From: Hydrolagus colliei
Lineage: Eukaryota
Assembly (NCBI GenBank): GCA_035084275.1
Contig: CM068757.1
Span: forward strand, 2,542,001-2,606,000
DNA: 64,000 bases
Direction of reading: 5' to 3'
The notes under the pieces are model-generated. The model made no database searches, was not told where the DNA came from, and saw only the letters and a list, made by a program, of their open reading frames with translations. Position 1 is the first letter of the stretch. Each line of letters starts with the position of its first letter. Both the position numbers and the translations under genes were made by a program. Shown piece after piece: positions 11,214 through 23,875 of the stretch.

Positions 11214-13011
11214 TGATTTTATTATATGGATTCCAAACCTGTTGATATTCCTTTCTGTTGTTTCATTATGTTTCACATCCTGTTTGAATAACACCTTGTA
11301 GGCATGCCTCCATCCTTTCCTCTATAATATTTGCCTGCTATAATACAGTCACTGTACTTCACAATAGATCCTGCTATGTGCTTTGAGATGTCCTTTTGTG
11401 AAAGGCACTATATCAATTGCAAGGTTTATTATATAATGTTGCCGGTCCGTGCTACTTTGGCACAAGGACATTCGGTGAGAGGTTGTGGTCTCCATGTTTG
11501 TTTGACTTGGAGATTGACTGTGCTCCCAATTTCCTTCATGATTCTAGATGACTCCCTGTTCCTATCTCATGCACTGAGGATGTGCAATATGAAGAAAAAT
11601 AATTAATGTGAAGGGGGAATCATCATGAAAAGAGTGGCTAGGGTTGGATGATAAGTGGAGGAGGTTATTTACGTGGGCAATGAGCACAGTGGATAACAAG
11701 ACAGGATCGGGCAGTCCCTGAATTAATTTGTTCATGCCATCAGAAAGGACATATTCTGTGTGTAAACTATGGAGCCTCAATTAATTTCTCGAGTGGGAGA
11801 ATAACCATGCAAAAATCTAGATTGTACAAGATGTTTAGAAGGTAGCAGAATTTGTGCGGTTGATTTCAAAGGCATTGCAGTGAAAGGGTTTCCTTGGAGC
11901 GGAAAAAGATATACATTGGTAATGTCAAAAATCACCTTCCTTATGCCATTAAAGTGAGCAATTCAGAAACAAAAGTGTAATAAATTAAAATTCAGCTCTC
12001 ATAATACTTAGCAGGACGAATTTGAAGAGAATGTAATCTAGAGAGATCGTTGAGAATAATAAATCTCCCAACGTATATTTGATTTAATAAGGGAACAAGA
12101 TGAGCCTTTTTGAGAGAGCTGCTTATATATATTTTTTAAACCTTTCGCAAGAATAGCTTTGATTTATTGAGTTGTACTGCGTATTGGTGGCAATGTGAGT
12201 AGAAAGACTGAAGTTCAGTTTCAAAGTTGTGTTATCACTGAAATACTGATGTCTTTTACCTTCAATCTGGTGTGAAACTGGACAATCCACAATTAATACA
12301 GTTAGCGAAGGACTTCACAATCTATTATCTTGCAGTAAATTTCAGCAGCTCCTCCATGTGAACTATTGATGTTTAGGCTAATAAACAGACGGTTCTTTCT
12401 CAGTCGTTTTGCAGACAGAATCCTTTATTGGGTTTGAGCAATTAATCATCTTGAAACTGGCCTTTTTCTTGAATGTGATTTCCAAACTTAGGCAAACAAC
12501 TTTGCATTAAAATGAATACGCTGTATTTATAATGTCATAGCAGATTGATTGGATTTTGTTTTAACATCCCTCTTGCTAATTCATGGGAAATCATTGAGAA
12601 GGTGGAGGTTGAACTGATTGAAAATACTTGTGGATTTTGTTATTGGGATTCTTTTCCATAAAAACTAACACACAGGCTACATTTCAACATTCACGGTATT
12701 TGCCTCTAGAATTGCGAGTTTAGTATAATTAATGTGAAGTGGTTTGGGATTTTGTGGTGAGATTTAGAAACAAAATTCATCCGGAAATACTGAATTGTTA
12801 ATTTAGCTTCTGAAAGGCAACTGTCTTCACCAGTGCCACTATGATGGAGTCATAGTTATCAGATAAATCTCTTTTTCTCTCTCAAAGGCTGATCAACCTA
12901 CTGTGTATTTCCCGAATCTTCCAATTTTTGGGTACATATTTCAGATTTACAAGTTGCAATTAAAAAAAAAAGTATTTTCATCACTACTCCTTGGAATTTA
13001 TTTACAAGAAC

Positions 13012-13205
13012 AATTAATTACATTTCTATAATGCCTTTCACGTCAGGAAGACTTTCCAAGGTGTTGCATAGTCAGTGGTTGGGATCAGGAAGGGTGGAGG
13101 GCAGGGAAGGTGGGGTAGGAGTAGGGGTAGGAGTAGTAGTGGGTTTAGGAGTGTGGTCGAAGAGAAGGTTCTTGAGAGGGGCCTTGAAGGAGGCAAGGGA
13201 CTGGG
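13012..13205 (-). mobile_element. Diverged L2 3' fragment
   Basis: Tail AATTACATTTCTATAATGCCTTTCACGTCAGGAAGAC and GGTCGAAGAGAAGGTTCTTGAGAGGGGCCTTGAAGGAGG, homologous to the L2 ORF2 end at 42225-42270. Confidence 0.75.
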
Positions 13206-15891
13206 ATGGAGTTCAATTATCAACTTTGGTTTGATAATTTTCCCTCTTTCACCTATTTCAGTGTTGAACGTTTTGATGGATTACAGTTTCATGAGCACCT
13301 GTGTCCCAAGTAAAGCATTTTTTGTTCCATCTAAACTGGGACTGGAGGCTATTCCACTTCATAAGGCTGCAGTGCGGCATGAGGAAAGATGAGTCAAGCA
13401 GTGGAACTCGTTTCAGTATATGTAGGAACTGTATCAGATTTTATAGAGATACAGTATATATATATATTGAAACCAACAATGCATGTGCAGGGCGGATTTT
13501 CAGAAACTGGAAGCAATTCTGGTTGTTATTCCTATTAAATCATGGCTTCTGTCACCTTGCCAATGTAAATTTCTTTCTACTTTCAACAATAAGTTGCAGC
13601 CAATTATTTCTCTGCAGTTTCATGTCACTGAACAATTTTGTCTGGAGGATATACATTTGCATAAGTGTGAATCATATAATAGATCATGGTAAACATTCTG
13701 AAATTGCCCCGATCATCACTTTTTGTTGCATAGCGTATGATGGATTTGTCTTTTGTGTCGAGAGAAATGCTTTCTCATCCAAATTTCTTCTCCAGACTAA
13801 TCTAGTTTTAATGAAACAAATGCACATGGCATGCAACATTACTCAAGTTTGTATTAATTTTAGCCTTTTCTATAGTTGTTTCTTGAATAAAAAATATTTC
13901 GTTTTTGCTAAATAGCAAAAATAAAGTCCACATGTAAAGTTGCTTCAGATAAGTTTTTTTTAAATTTGTTAATGTTATCGTTGAAATGGGTTTTCACACA
14001 AGCAGAACCACAATCATTTCCTTCCCTTTAGCACACTGCAAGGGTGTTTTATACAACACGTCAAAATTCAATCCAGTAGATTGTTAATGGTAACTAATAT
14101 GGGTGTCATAATTTGTGGTGTGCTATTGGAAAAAAATATTATTTCAATTTGAAATGCCAAAATCTTTATTGAAATAAAAACAAAGGTAACCCCTAACACT
14201 GTTAATGACACCATATTAAACTGCTCATTAGTGATGTGCTTGCAATGTGTTCTGTACTTTAGAACAACGTTTCACACGAGTATTTATATATCTTAAAGAA
14301 TGCCATAAACCTGCTAATAAGGTAATTTAAAGGTGCCAAGTATGTCGGGCTATGGGGGAAAAAAAATTAAACAGTTGTCAATATCTGCTTTTATCTGTGC
14401 CCAATTGGGCACTCTAAATTCATTGGTTGGTCTGTCTGCACCTTTTGGCAAATATCCACTTGTATAATGTTGTTTGTAACTGGGTTCAAGCTTGACCAAA
14501 AGAGGTTACAGTATCTTACAACCTGTGTTTTTTTTTGTGTGTTTATGACTAATCCATGAGTTTTTACAAAGAGAGTCATGGTGATGAAGAAATATTTAAA
14601 AATTGGAAAAAATTCATTTCTTCCTGTTTTGAAAACCACATCATCACATGTAATATTTCTGGGCTTCCATTTTTCAGACATTTATCTTATTCCAGTTCAG
14701 GAGTTCTGAATGAGCAATAAATACCCCAAAAAAATAAACACCCGGTACAAACCGTGATCTTTTATTTAAAGCCACCCATGGCTTTATCCTACTGTGTGTG
14801 CGGAATTGCTTGCATTGGCCTGTTCGCCCAGAATGTTTTGGAATTGCTCATTAACCTTCAGGGTTTCACTGTTAAATTGTCCATTCATTCTTCCCAAATT
14901 GCCAGTCCGTATTCTGTACTCCTGCAGTGATCGGGATTGTCTTGCCAGGTCCCGGTCACCAATTCAGTATTCAGATATCCTGTATATCTTTTGTCCTGTA
15001 AACAATGTCTCACATTTTGCTCAGCTGAGGCTGCTGTGGAATTGCTCACAGCTAAAAACAGCAAGTGGCTGAGTAGACTCTTTCTCTTCCCCCAACTCCT
15101 GCCCTCAACTCACACCTTGGGTCAATACTATTAAAAAATAAAGCCTTACTCTGCCTCTGGAGTCAGTTGTTTGACTGATTGATGGAACCAGAGGCAGTTT
15201 TGCAGTGCACAATTTTTTTTTCCAAGAGGGCTTAAAAGTTTGTCAAAGAAATTAACTAGCATTCTGGTGAGCACAGGTCTAGGAATTGCCACCAAGGCCA
15301 TCCTCGCCTTTTCTCGGCACCCTCTTCAAAATACAGACTAATGCAGAGACTGCAGACAGGGCAGCAACACATCAGCGTATTAAATTATGTAAATGGGTCC
15401 GATAAGATCTGTGACCGCTGTGGGACTCGCTCTATGTATTATTCATAATAGATTCACGTAAAGATTTCTTGTGATTTTTGTTTTCTGTGGTCTGTGAGTC
15501 CATGATATATATTTGTATTTCGAACCATTTGCTATCAGAATTTACTTGACCGAACAATAGGGCAAAATATCACATCACTTTATGGAATCGGTATGTTTGA
15601 TCTGTGCGTAGAATCTTGGTGATTCTGCCCTCTTTGGCACGTTTGCCTTTCTCCTGCCGATGTGCTTTTTCACAAATTTGCCACAATACCAAACTGTGAA
15701 AGCAAACTCTTATAAAGAGGAGTTTATCCAACCATCTTGAAACCAAAAATACGGCTCCCATCTTATTCATTTGGGAGATTCAGTATTTCATCATAATTTA
15801 TATTAATAAGTAGCTACCATATTTCTGGAAAAATTTCCCCAAATATTTTTTTGTAGTACAGTACAGTATTTTGGAGTCTTAAGTATTCTGC

Positions 15892-16012
15892 TAATAATAA
15901 TCCTTGCATTTTACATAGAGCCTTAACACATAATTGAGACGTCTGAAAGAGCTTCCCAGAATATGCTGAAAAGTGAATTGACTGTATATTTTGTGGGCAA
16001 AATGCAGCAGCG
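15892..16012 (-). mobile_element. SINE 3' fragment
   Basis: TAATAATAATCCTTGCATTT ... AAGTGAATTGACTGTATATTTTGTGGGC. Confidence 0.85.
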
Positions 16013-16622
16013 AAATACAGATTGTTGTTGCTTGCTTATTGTTGTTGTTTGGGCACAGCCTGAGTTGGAGACAGTGCAGAACTTGCCAAGTGGTTTGAAT
16101 AGTGCTTTTTTTAGATATAAAAAAAACATACATTCGCCTTCTCCAGTTCTGAGACAATATACTCGGGTGATTTTTTTTTGACAGATTAAGTATATGACCT
16201 ATGAAATGTTGAGCAAGTGATCAACAAATTTATTACCACTGACAAGTTTGCTCCAGTACATCAGCTTTCATCAGACTTCATTGCCTTGCTCATACATCAG
16301 AACTCAGAAGCCATGATGCTTTTTCAACAGGAACTGAATTTCTTAATTTCAGATTGCCTGCTGTACAGTTTTTTACTTACTTCCATTAGATCAGAATGTG
16401 CCTTTATAATTCTTCCTTTTTGCCTTTCATTGTTCTGAATTAAACTTTGCCTAAAAAACATTTCACGGTGTGTTAAATTCACTTTGAGATCCACTCTGAA
16501 GCTTCAGTGCCCTATATTGATTCTTTTTGCAGCTAGGACAGGAATAAATGTGTTTTTTTTTTATCCTTCCTTTGGGGCGAAAATTACTCTGATTTGTAAT
16601 GTGGTCCATTTTGAAGTAGTGT

Positions 16623-16731
16623 TATGGAATGCCATCCCTCAATCCCTCCGTTTCGCCTCTTCCCTTTCCTCTTTCAAGGCCGATTTGAAGACTTTCCTCT
16701 TCGATCGTGCCTTTTGTTCCACCCCGAACTC
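16623..16731 (+). mobile_element. Internal L2 ORF2 fragment without 3' tail
   Basis: Near-identical to 38958-39065; encodes WNAIPQSLRFASSLSSFKADLKTFLFDRAF. Confidence 0.9.
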
Positions 16732-17479
16732 CTGATTGTTTCAGGAGTATGAAATTCAATTGATGTTTGCTTTTAAATCTATTATCTTGAAATAAAATCA
16801 TGTAGAGAATGTACTGGGAAGAAGATTGCATGACTTCCAACGTTTAAAATGCATAAGAGGGAATGCATGCTTCTTTGACACAGGCTTGTCTTCTTCTCTG
16901 CAGGCAGGGACAAATAGTGATGCATAACTTGTTTAAAATTCCGCAGCACGCAATATAATATAAATGTAACACTTCCCAAGGAAGATGGGTTGTGCCTTCT
17001 TTCAACTGGTATTTTGCTTTGATGAGAAATATGGAAATGAGATCCGTTCTGGACAATAAAGTTTCTGTCCCAGTCTTCCCCCGCCCCCACAAACCCCGCA
17101 TTCAAATTCTCTGTTAATAGTTTTAATCTGCCTCAGCTATAAAATTAAAATAGGTTTTTTCTCCAAGCGTAATGCTGGAGTGTCTTATTCCTTCTGCACT
17201 GCAAGATGGTGAATGAATGTCTTCACTAATTCTGAAGATGGTAATTCGAAAGAATGTAAATACAAAGGGAGGGGGTGGTGGGGGGGTGGGGGTGAAGAAC
17301 ACTTTTTAAAGCACTGTGACAGGAAACGAGAGAGCAAAGGGGTATAATTCTCCAGCCAGATGGCACCCCTACAGGTGAGTCAGTAGCCTGTGAAATTACA
17401 TTCTAAATTACTCTGCAGATGAGTGAAACACACAAGTGCAGTGAGCTGATTGTTCAGATATCAGTTATAAATTACATGA

Positions 17480-17500
17480 TTCAGCACCAAGGACAGCACT
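17480..17500 (+). promoter_or_regulatory. REST/NRSF binding site (RE1/NRSE) in PRMT3 intron 10
   Basis: TTCAGCACCAAGGACAGCACT versus consensus TTCAGCACCACGGACAGCGCC; both half-sites intact with the canonical 2-nt spacer. Confidence 0.75.
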
Positions 17501-17834
17501 CACTCGATGTCGTAAATTGAGGGTCGGGGACGGTGGTGGGGGTGGAGGGGGTGTTGGTTCATTGGGAGGGTGTGAGGAGCGTCAGCATGAAAGAACGTCA
17601 AGGAGAGGGCATTGACCAGAAGAAAATATTGAACCTTTGCCAAAATTCCTGGGTGAAAAGAACGCTGACACTAAAATTGCACCAGACCGTTACAAACGTC
17701 AGCAAAGTGCGTGATATTGCTATGTCAGAAAGCTTCCAGTTGCGTACCGTTTGTAATCTAATTCTCCTCCCACGGACTTAAAAAATGTAATGCTTTGACA
17801 CTCACTGAGAACAACTCTTATTTGTGTTCGATCT

Positions 17835-18235
17835 GCAGGATCTTGCCACTGTCCACATGAGACATTAAACCAAGGTCCCGTTTGCATTTGTTGAGGTAGA
17901 GCTTTAAGATTCCATGGCATTCTTCGAAAAGGGCAGTAAGTTTTTCCAACCGACCTTGCCAACAAACCCCCGACTAAATTTTGTTACTTACCGCATGGCT
18001 GCTGTAGGACATTGGGTGCAAAGCGGCTGCTGCGTTTCGCCCACAAATATACAGTCAATTCACTTTGCAGGATATTCTGTGATATGCTTTGAGACATCTA
18101 GAAGACATGAAAAGCGCTATATCAAATGCAAGGATTGTTATCCACAAAATGCATGGTGACGACACTTTACATTATATCCTGTCAGTGCCCTCCTGATGTG
18201 AAAGATGCATTTATCAAATGCAAGAATTATTATTT
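17835..18235 (+). mobile_element. DeuSINE-like relic joined to a younger SINE 3' half and a second, older tail
   Basis: ATGAGACATTAAACCAAGGTCCCGTTTGC...AAGATTCCATGGCATTCTTCGAAAAGGGCAG matches the recalled Deu domain (AmnSINE1/SacSINE1 type); then family tail to about 18140 and another ATCAAATGCAAGAATTATT at about 18230. Confidence 0.7.
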
Positions 18236-18688
18236 AAAGATGTTTTACGTTATATCCTGTGAAGTCTCTTTGAGATACAATGAGATACTGTACTTTGAAA
18301 TCAAGATATGCATCTTATTTCAGAGCACCAAAACCATTTAAAAAAAAAGTTTATTGTGTGATCAAATGTTGTGTATAACAATAACACTGAGTGAAACTGC
18401 ACATATTCAGAACAGGAATTACTAACCCATTCTTTTCTTCCAGTATCCAGAGTGATTTGTGGCTTGCCAGCCTTATCTAGATTTTATTTCCAAATATGTG
18501 GCTCGGAATAGTTATGTGCATTGGCTGCAAAAAAGAATGCCTAATTTCACACTTCATTATATTCATTTGTTGTGAATGCCTTTGGGTTCTGTACGCTGTA
18601 CATGAGTAGCTGGATTTTAATCAGGATAAATTCGCTGTCTCATCATTTTAAACGTCGTTTGTTAAGTCGTTTTATTTCTTCCCAACAG

Positions 18689-18767
18689 GGTTATTTTTTG
18701 TTGTTTGAATCCATGCTGGACTCGGTCATATACGCAAGGAACAAGTTTTTGACGGAAGATGGCTCAG
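18689..18767 (+). CDS. PRMT3: PRMT3 exon 11
   Basis: caacag| ... G|gtttgt; GYFLLFESMLDSVIYARNKFLTEDGS (second Glu of double-E loop, motif III). Confidence 0.97.
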
Positions 18768-19658
18768 GTTTGTGTGTGTTAGGGATGGTGGGTGGGGGGT
18801 TGGGAAGGGGGGGTGGTGAGTTGGGGGGTGGAATTGCACGTTGCTATATTCTGTTCCTAGCAACCATACGTACACATCTCCAGTTAATGTGGTATGCACC
18901 GCTGAGAAAGTTCCCACCACAAATGAAATATGCCTCCATTACTGGTAGCTTGCAGGCATTCATTCACTTTATTCCCTTTCAAGAAAGAAGGGGTTATGAG
19001 GCATCATTATTGGGGCTTTTGTAGGATTACGTCTCTGTATCCTTTTGTTTTCCCTGAAGGGCTGTGAAGTTTACAGAAGCTAATTAATAGCGATTATTTT
19101 TCTACTGATGGAATGTATAAAAAGAAACTGCGTTGGATTTTGCTACTCAGAAACATAGGGTAACAGATGGCTGCTTGTGATTTCATAGGCAGTAATTTAA
19201 CCAAGCATAAAATGCACGAACATAGCTGGAATATTTCATGGACATCAGCAGAATCTTTTTGTTGAATTACCGCGAGCTGGTTGTAGCATTATAAAAAATA
19301 CCTTGATTTCTCCTCTCCACCTCCTTACTTAGCACAGAAGAATTGAAAGGGAAACAAAGGTTACGGTGAAGCATAACATGAAGATAAACCACATTATGAC
19401 GGTGGCGTACCAATGAGCAAACTCCTAAATAAACATTTACAATGGGGATGACATTCACTGGCAAGGAATACATTGCAAGAGAAGCCAAGTGATAATGGAC
19501 TTACATTGTTGTAGGACAGTGCTATTGTACAGAGCTACATCATGCAGGCAGCAGGAAAGATCCAGAACAACAAGGTACTGGGAGGATGGATATCTATCCA
19601 CACGACAGCCCCAAAACAGAAAAATAACAATAGATTTTCTTTGAACTCTTGAAATGAA

Positions 19659-19705
19659 GTTTCTAAAACAAAAAGGTTTTCTAAAACAAAAAGGTTTTCT
19701 AAAAA
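19659..19705. repeat. Short tandem duplication, 18-bp unit TTTCTAAAACAAAAAGGT, about 2.5 copies
   Basis: gtttctaaaacaaaaaggttttctaaaacaaaaaggttttctaaaaa. Confidence 0.85.
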
Positions 19706-20925
19706 AAATTAATAAATAAATTGTGTGATTTAAATTATACTAATATAGAGAATGATTTAAAAAGAAGCAGTCGTTTCACTCTTGGGGGCTTGGGTTAACT
19801 AAATGTGACTTCCTCGATTCAGATGCATTAATGGTTAGATGATTACTGTAACAAGCTACCTAATCTCAAATCATAATTTGTTTTAAAAATCATTCATTTT
19901 GTTTCAACAGTAGTTTTTGAGTGCAGTACTTGGATTTTAGCGAGTTAAGGTTTCCAGAAAGGTATTAATATGCATTTAATATACATGAAATGTATTTGTT
20001 TACTACTGATCTCAAATATTCTTCACTAAGGCCTTCAGCCATCGGCAATGGAACTTGTATTTCTTTTAAAATTCAAAGCTGCAACCTATAGAAATGTGCC
20101 ACTTGGGATTTCTGTGACCACATAGCTGTTCAGATAATACCAGGATTTACCTGCAGAAGGCATTCATTATGAATTCTAGCTGGCTTCTTGGATTTAATGC
20201 CCTGGAATCTGTGAGCAATTTGGAGGGTGCAAAGCATGTCCCATTTTTAGCCAACCGGCCGCGTGAGCTCTTGTGAAAGACAAAGCGGCTTGGGCAGTGA
20301 GGCGAGAAGGACGCAGATGTCATTGCTATGAATCTTCGTTAGCAGCCAAGAGAATTTTACTCCCTGTCCAATCAGCGCTTTGTTAATTTCACCCGTGTGC
20401 GGTAATAATTATTCAATTACTGCACTAATCAGAAAAGAATGAAGTGACAAATATGTCATGTTGGAGAGTTTAAAGGTCACTGAAGCAGAAGCAGTTGGGC
20501 AAAGAGAATTGGCTGCCCCCGGTTTCAACGCGTCTTCAGAGTGTTTAAAAAATATGAACTTAGCCAATTATAAAGAGAAGCTACCTGCACGACATACAGC
20601 TTTTAATACCTGGCAAGATTTTCTTTTAAAACCTTGGGTTACCCATTCTCAACATCGTGTGGCTGACAAGGCAGGGCCAATCAAAGGCAAAAACCTATAG
20701 GTTTGTGTTTGAACCAATTTCTCTCATGTCCATGTTAACGCAAACTACAGTACTGTATTTTTTTTAAAAAAAATACTATTTCACGACTATGCACTTTTTG
20801 CGCAAGGATATTTCAATTATTACAAAACTTGCCGCCAGTCTCCTCTTCATCATCTTTATCAGACGAGGTAAATTTAAACGCGGTGATCAAATGCAGAGCC
20901 ATAACCTTTTTTGTCTCCGAAGTAA

Positions 20926-21415
<490 letters not shown>

Positions 21416-22915
21416 GTGATATTTGTGTGACGCGACAAGCTGGAGGTGCCCAAACCACAAAACGAGTTTTTCCCGCAAAGCAGGAGAAACCGAGGGCTGA
21501 ATTCACAGGAATGTGCCGCTCGATGATGCAGTGGGTGGCTGGAGCAGATCAGCTGTCAAGCACCGCAAAGCTCCACCAAACACACAGTGTTTGCTTCTTG
21601 TGTTGTGCAATGATCTGTCATCTTTCAGTGTGTCAGAGAACAATTGGCAACAGGAACCCTGCAGTATAAACGGGCGTTGCACAGGTGTCAATGAAGCATA
21701 AAAATGGAAATTGATTTCTGCTTACTGCAGCATTTCACATTGTTGAGCGCAGATGAAGAGTCCAAAGGTTATTTGGTGTAGATTGCAGCGCTGTAAGTTT
21801 TGATGCTAGATTTTTTAAAATATATATATATAAAAAGAAACTGCCATCATTAATAACATTGGAACAAATTGCACTTAATTTTACAAATGACCCCTTAGTC
21901 TTCTGCCAACCAGACTACAAATGATAATCACTGTGTTTTATGTGATGAGCGAGTCAGACCCCCATGATTAATAAGCAGCGGAAACACTATTCCTAAGCAG
22001 CATTTTATAATTAGGAAGCTGGTTTCACTTCTGTTCTTTGAATTCCTCTGTACCAGACACAAGTCTTTAACTAAGACGACAGGCACAGCACAAACCTGCT
22101 AACAGGGGATGTGCCAGAGCTAGGCTTTTCTATTACTAACGGCATTTTAAGATTGGGATCTCACTATGCGGAGACATGGAGAGCCTATATCCTAACATAG
22201 TTTAGTTGAGTACGTTAGAAACAATTGCAAGTCTGGTGTGAGGGTGGGGGGGAAGCTTCTCTCATTCGAAATAGCAAGACAGGTACATGCTAGAATTTCC
22301 ATCATTTTTATTGCCTGCCGAAGATCTTTGAACCGATAGTGTGAGGTTACTGACTGGGATCATCCTAAGCCTCCTTAGGAGACGAGGCAGCTAACTGGAG
22401 TGGGTGGTGGTGAATAAAATGCTGCATTTTCCAAGGTCATTTGTTTTTGGTGGGGTAGGGCAGTGGGGGTGATGCTTTCCTGATTCCTGGAACACCATTC
22501 CACAACAATTGCAAAATCACCTGTCCATAATTCTTATGATGTACAGTATATACCTTTATTGGTCGTTGTTTAAGTTGCTAATTATAACCGAGGCTGCAAC
22601 AGAACTATTATTGTATCAGTTGTATCAGAAACAAACACGCACACTTTAGGCAAACAATTTTATTAGGGGAAAACCTAAATGTAGGCAAGAGAATTCCTAT
22701 TTAATATGTAAACTAAAGCACATCCAAAATAAAACGCTTCTAAATGATAAATTCATCCCCACAGATATTCTTTCCTACACCTTTATCTGTATAGTTTTCA
22801 ACCGTTGTATTGTAGTACGAGCGGTTTGCTTTCTGATCTTACGCTTCTCAAGATTATACTTTACATTATCATGTAAACGGGTGTATTTTTAAAACAAATT
22901 CCCACTGTTTTTCAG

Positions 22916-23002
22916 ACCATAGACTGCAATACAGTAAAAAATTCTGATTTAGATTTCACCTCTGAATTCTCTCTGAAGATAACTGAAAATGCCCTGTTTA
23001 CA
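22916..23002 (+). CDS. PRMT3: PRMT3 exon 13
   Basis: tttcag| ... ACA|gtaagt; TIDCNTVKNSDLDFTSEFSLKITENALFT; 87 nt. Confidence 0.94.
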
Positions 23003-23744
23003 GTAAGTTGGTTAATTTTACTTCTTGAGTTTCGCTACATCTTCTCTATAAAATACCTGGTATAAAATGGTAGAGGAGGTGGAATGTTATCTTTGTTTTG
23101 AACTCTTTGCTGGTGGATTACACCGATTGCACTCCACTTTTACTAGAACCATCAAGTCATCGTGCTTTATTATTGACACAAATTTGAGAGGTGTTTAGGC
23201 ATGTCTACATAAAACTATGGTGATGCATAATGAACCCCATAATCCTTTTCAGTGTTTATGAAATGCTTCTGCAATAACAAGGACACCTCCGAGACCGTTC
23301 AATTAGAAAATAATCAAACACTTTATGTAAGAAATTGTGTCTCAGAGATGGAGTTGGCAGTACATCTTGTGTGACATCTGAGCAGCTAAATTCTGCTATT
23401 GTGAAAGGAAAGGATGATAATTTGAGAAATTAACAACTCTCCCATGAGTGAGGTTGACATGACCACAGTACACTCAATAATATTAACTGAAAGACAAGTG
23501 GATTAGACTACTTTTTTCTGAAATTGTACTGAATAACAAACAGGCCTGTATTACTTGTCGAAACATGAGCTCCCTTTGCTTTGTCAGATGTGCTTGTGAA
23601 TTAGATTGCCTCCTATCAATTTCCATTACATCTATTGCTTGTCTAGCTCGCTGCAGTCTTGGTTTAGTCACAACAGAAACCTGGACAATAAAGCTTGACT
23701 CGTTGTGTAACCGCCAAGAGGAATATTGGGTCAAATTTAAGGAT

Positions 23745-23875
23745 AGATAATAATAATCCTGGCATTTGATTTATTCCTGGCCTTATCGTGTCCTCGAGAC
23801 GTTTCACAGCACTTCACAGAATACACCGCAGAGTGAATTGACTGTATGTTTTGCGGGCGAGAGATGTGCTGCGTT
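23745..23875 (-). mobile_element. SINE 3' fragment
   Basis: ATAATAATAATCCTGGCATTTG ... GTGAATTGACTGTATGTTTTGCGGGCG. Confidence 0.8.

Noticed and set aside
12820-12960. Weak resemblance to a common shark repeat tail (Penelope-like)
   Set aside because: Too degenerate to support a family call from memory
13301-13915. Longest ORF in the track (204 aa) in PRMT3 intron 10
   Set aside because: Composition rich in F, C, I and N reflects AT-rich intron; no recognisable domain and no ATG at the annotated start
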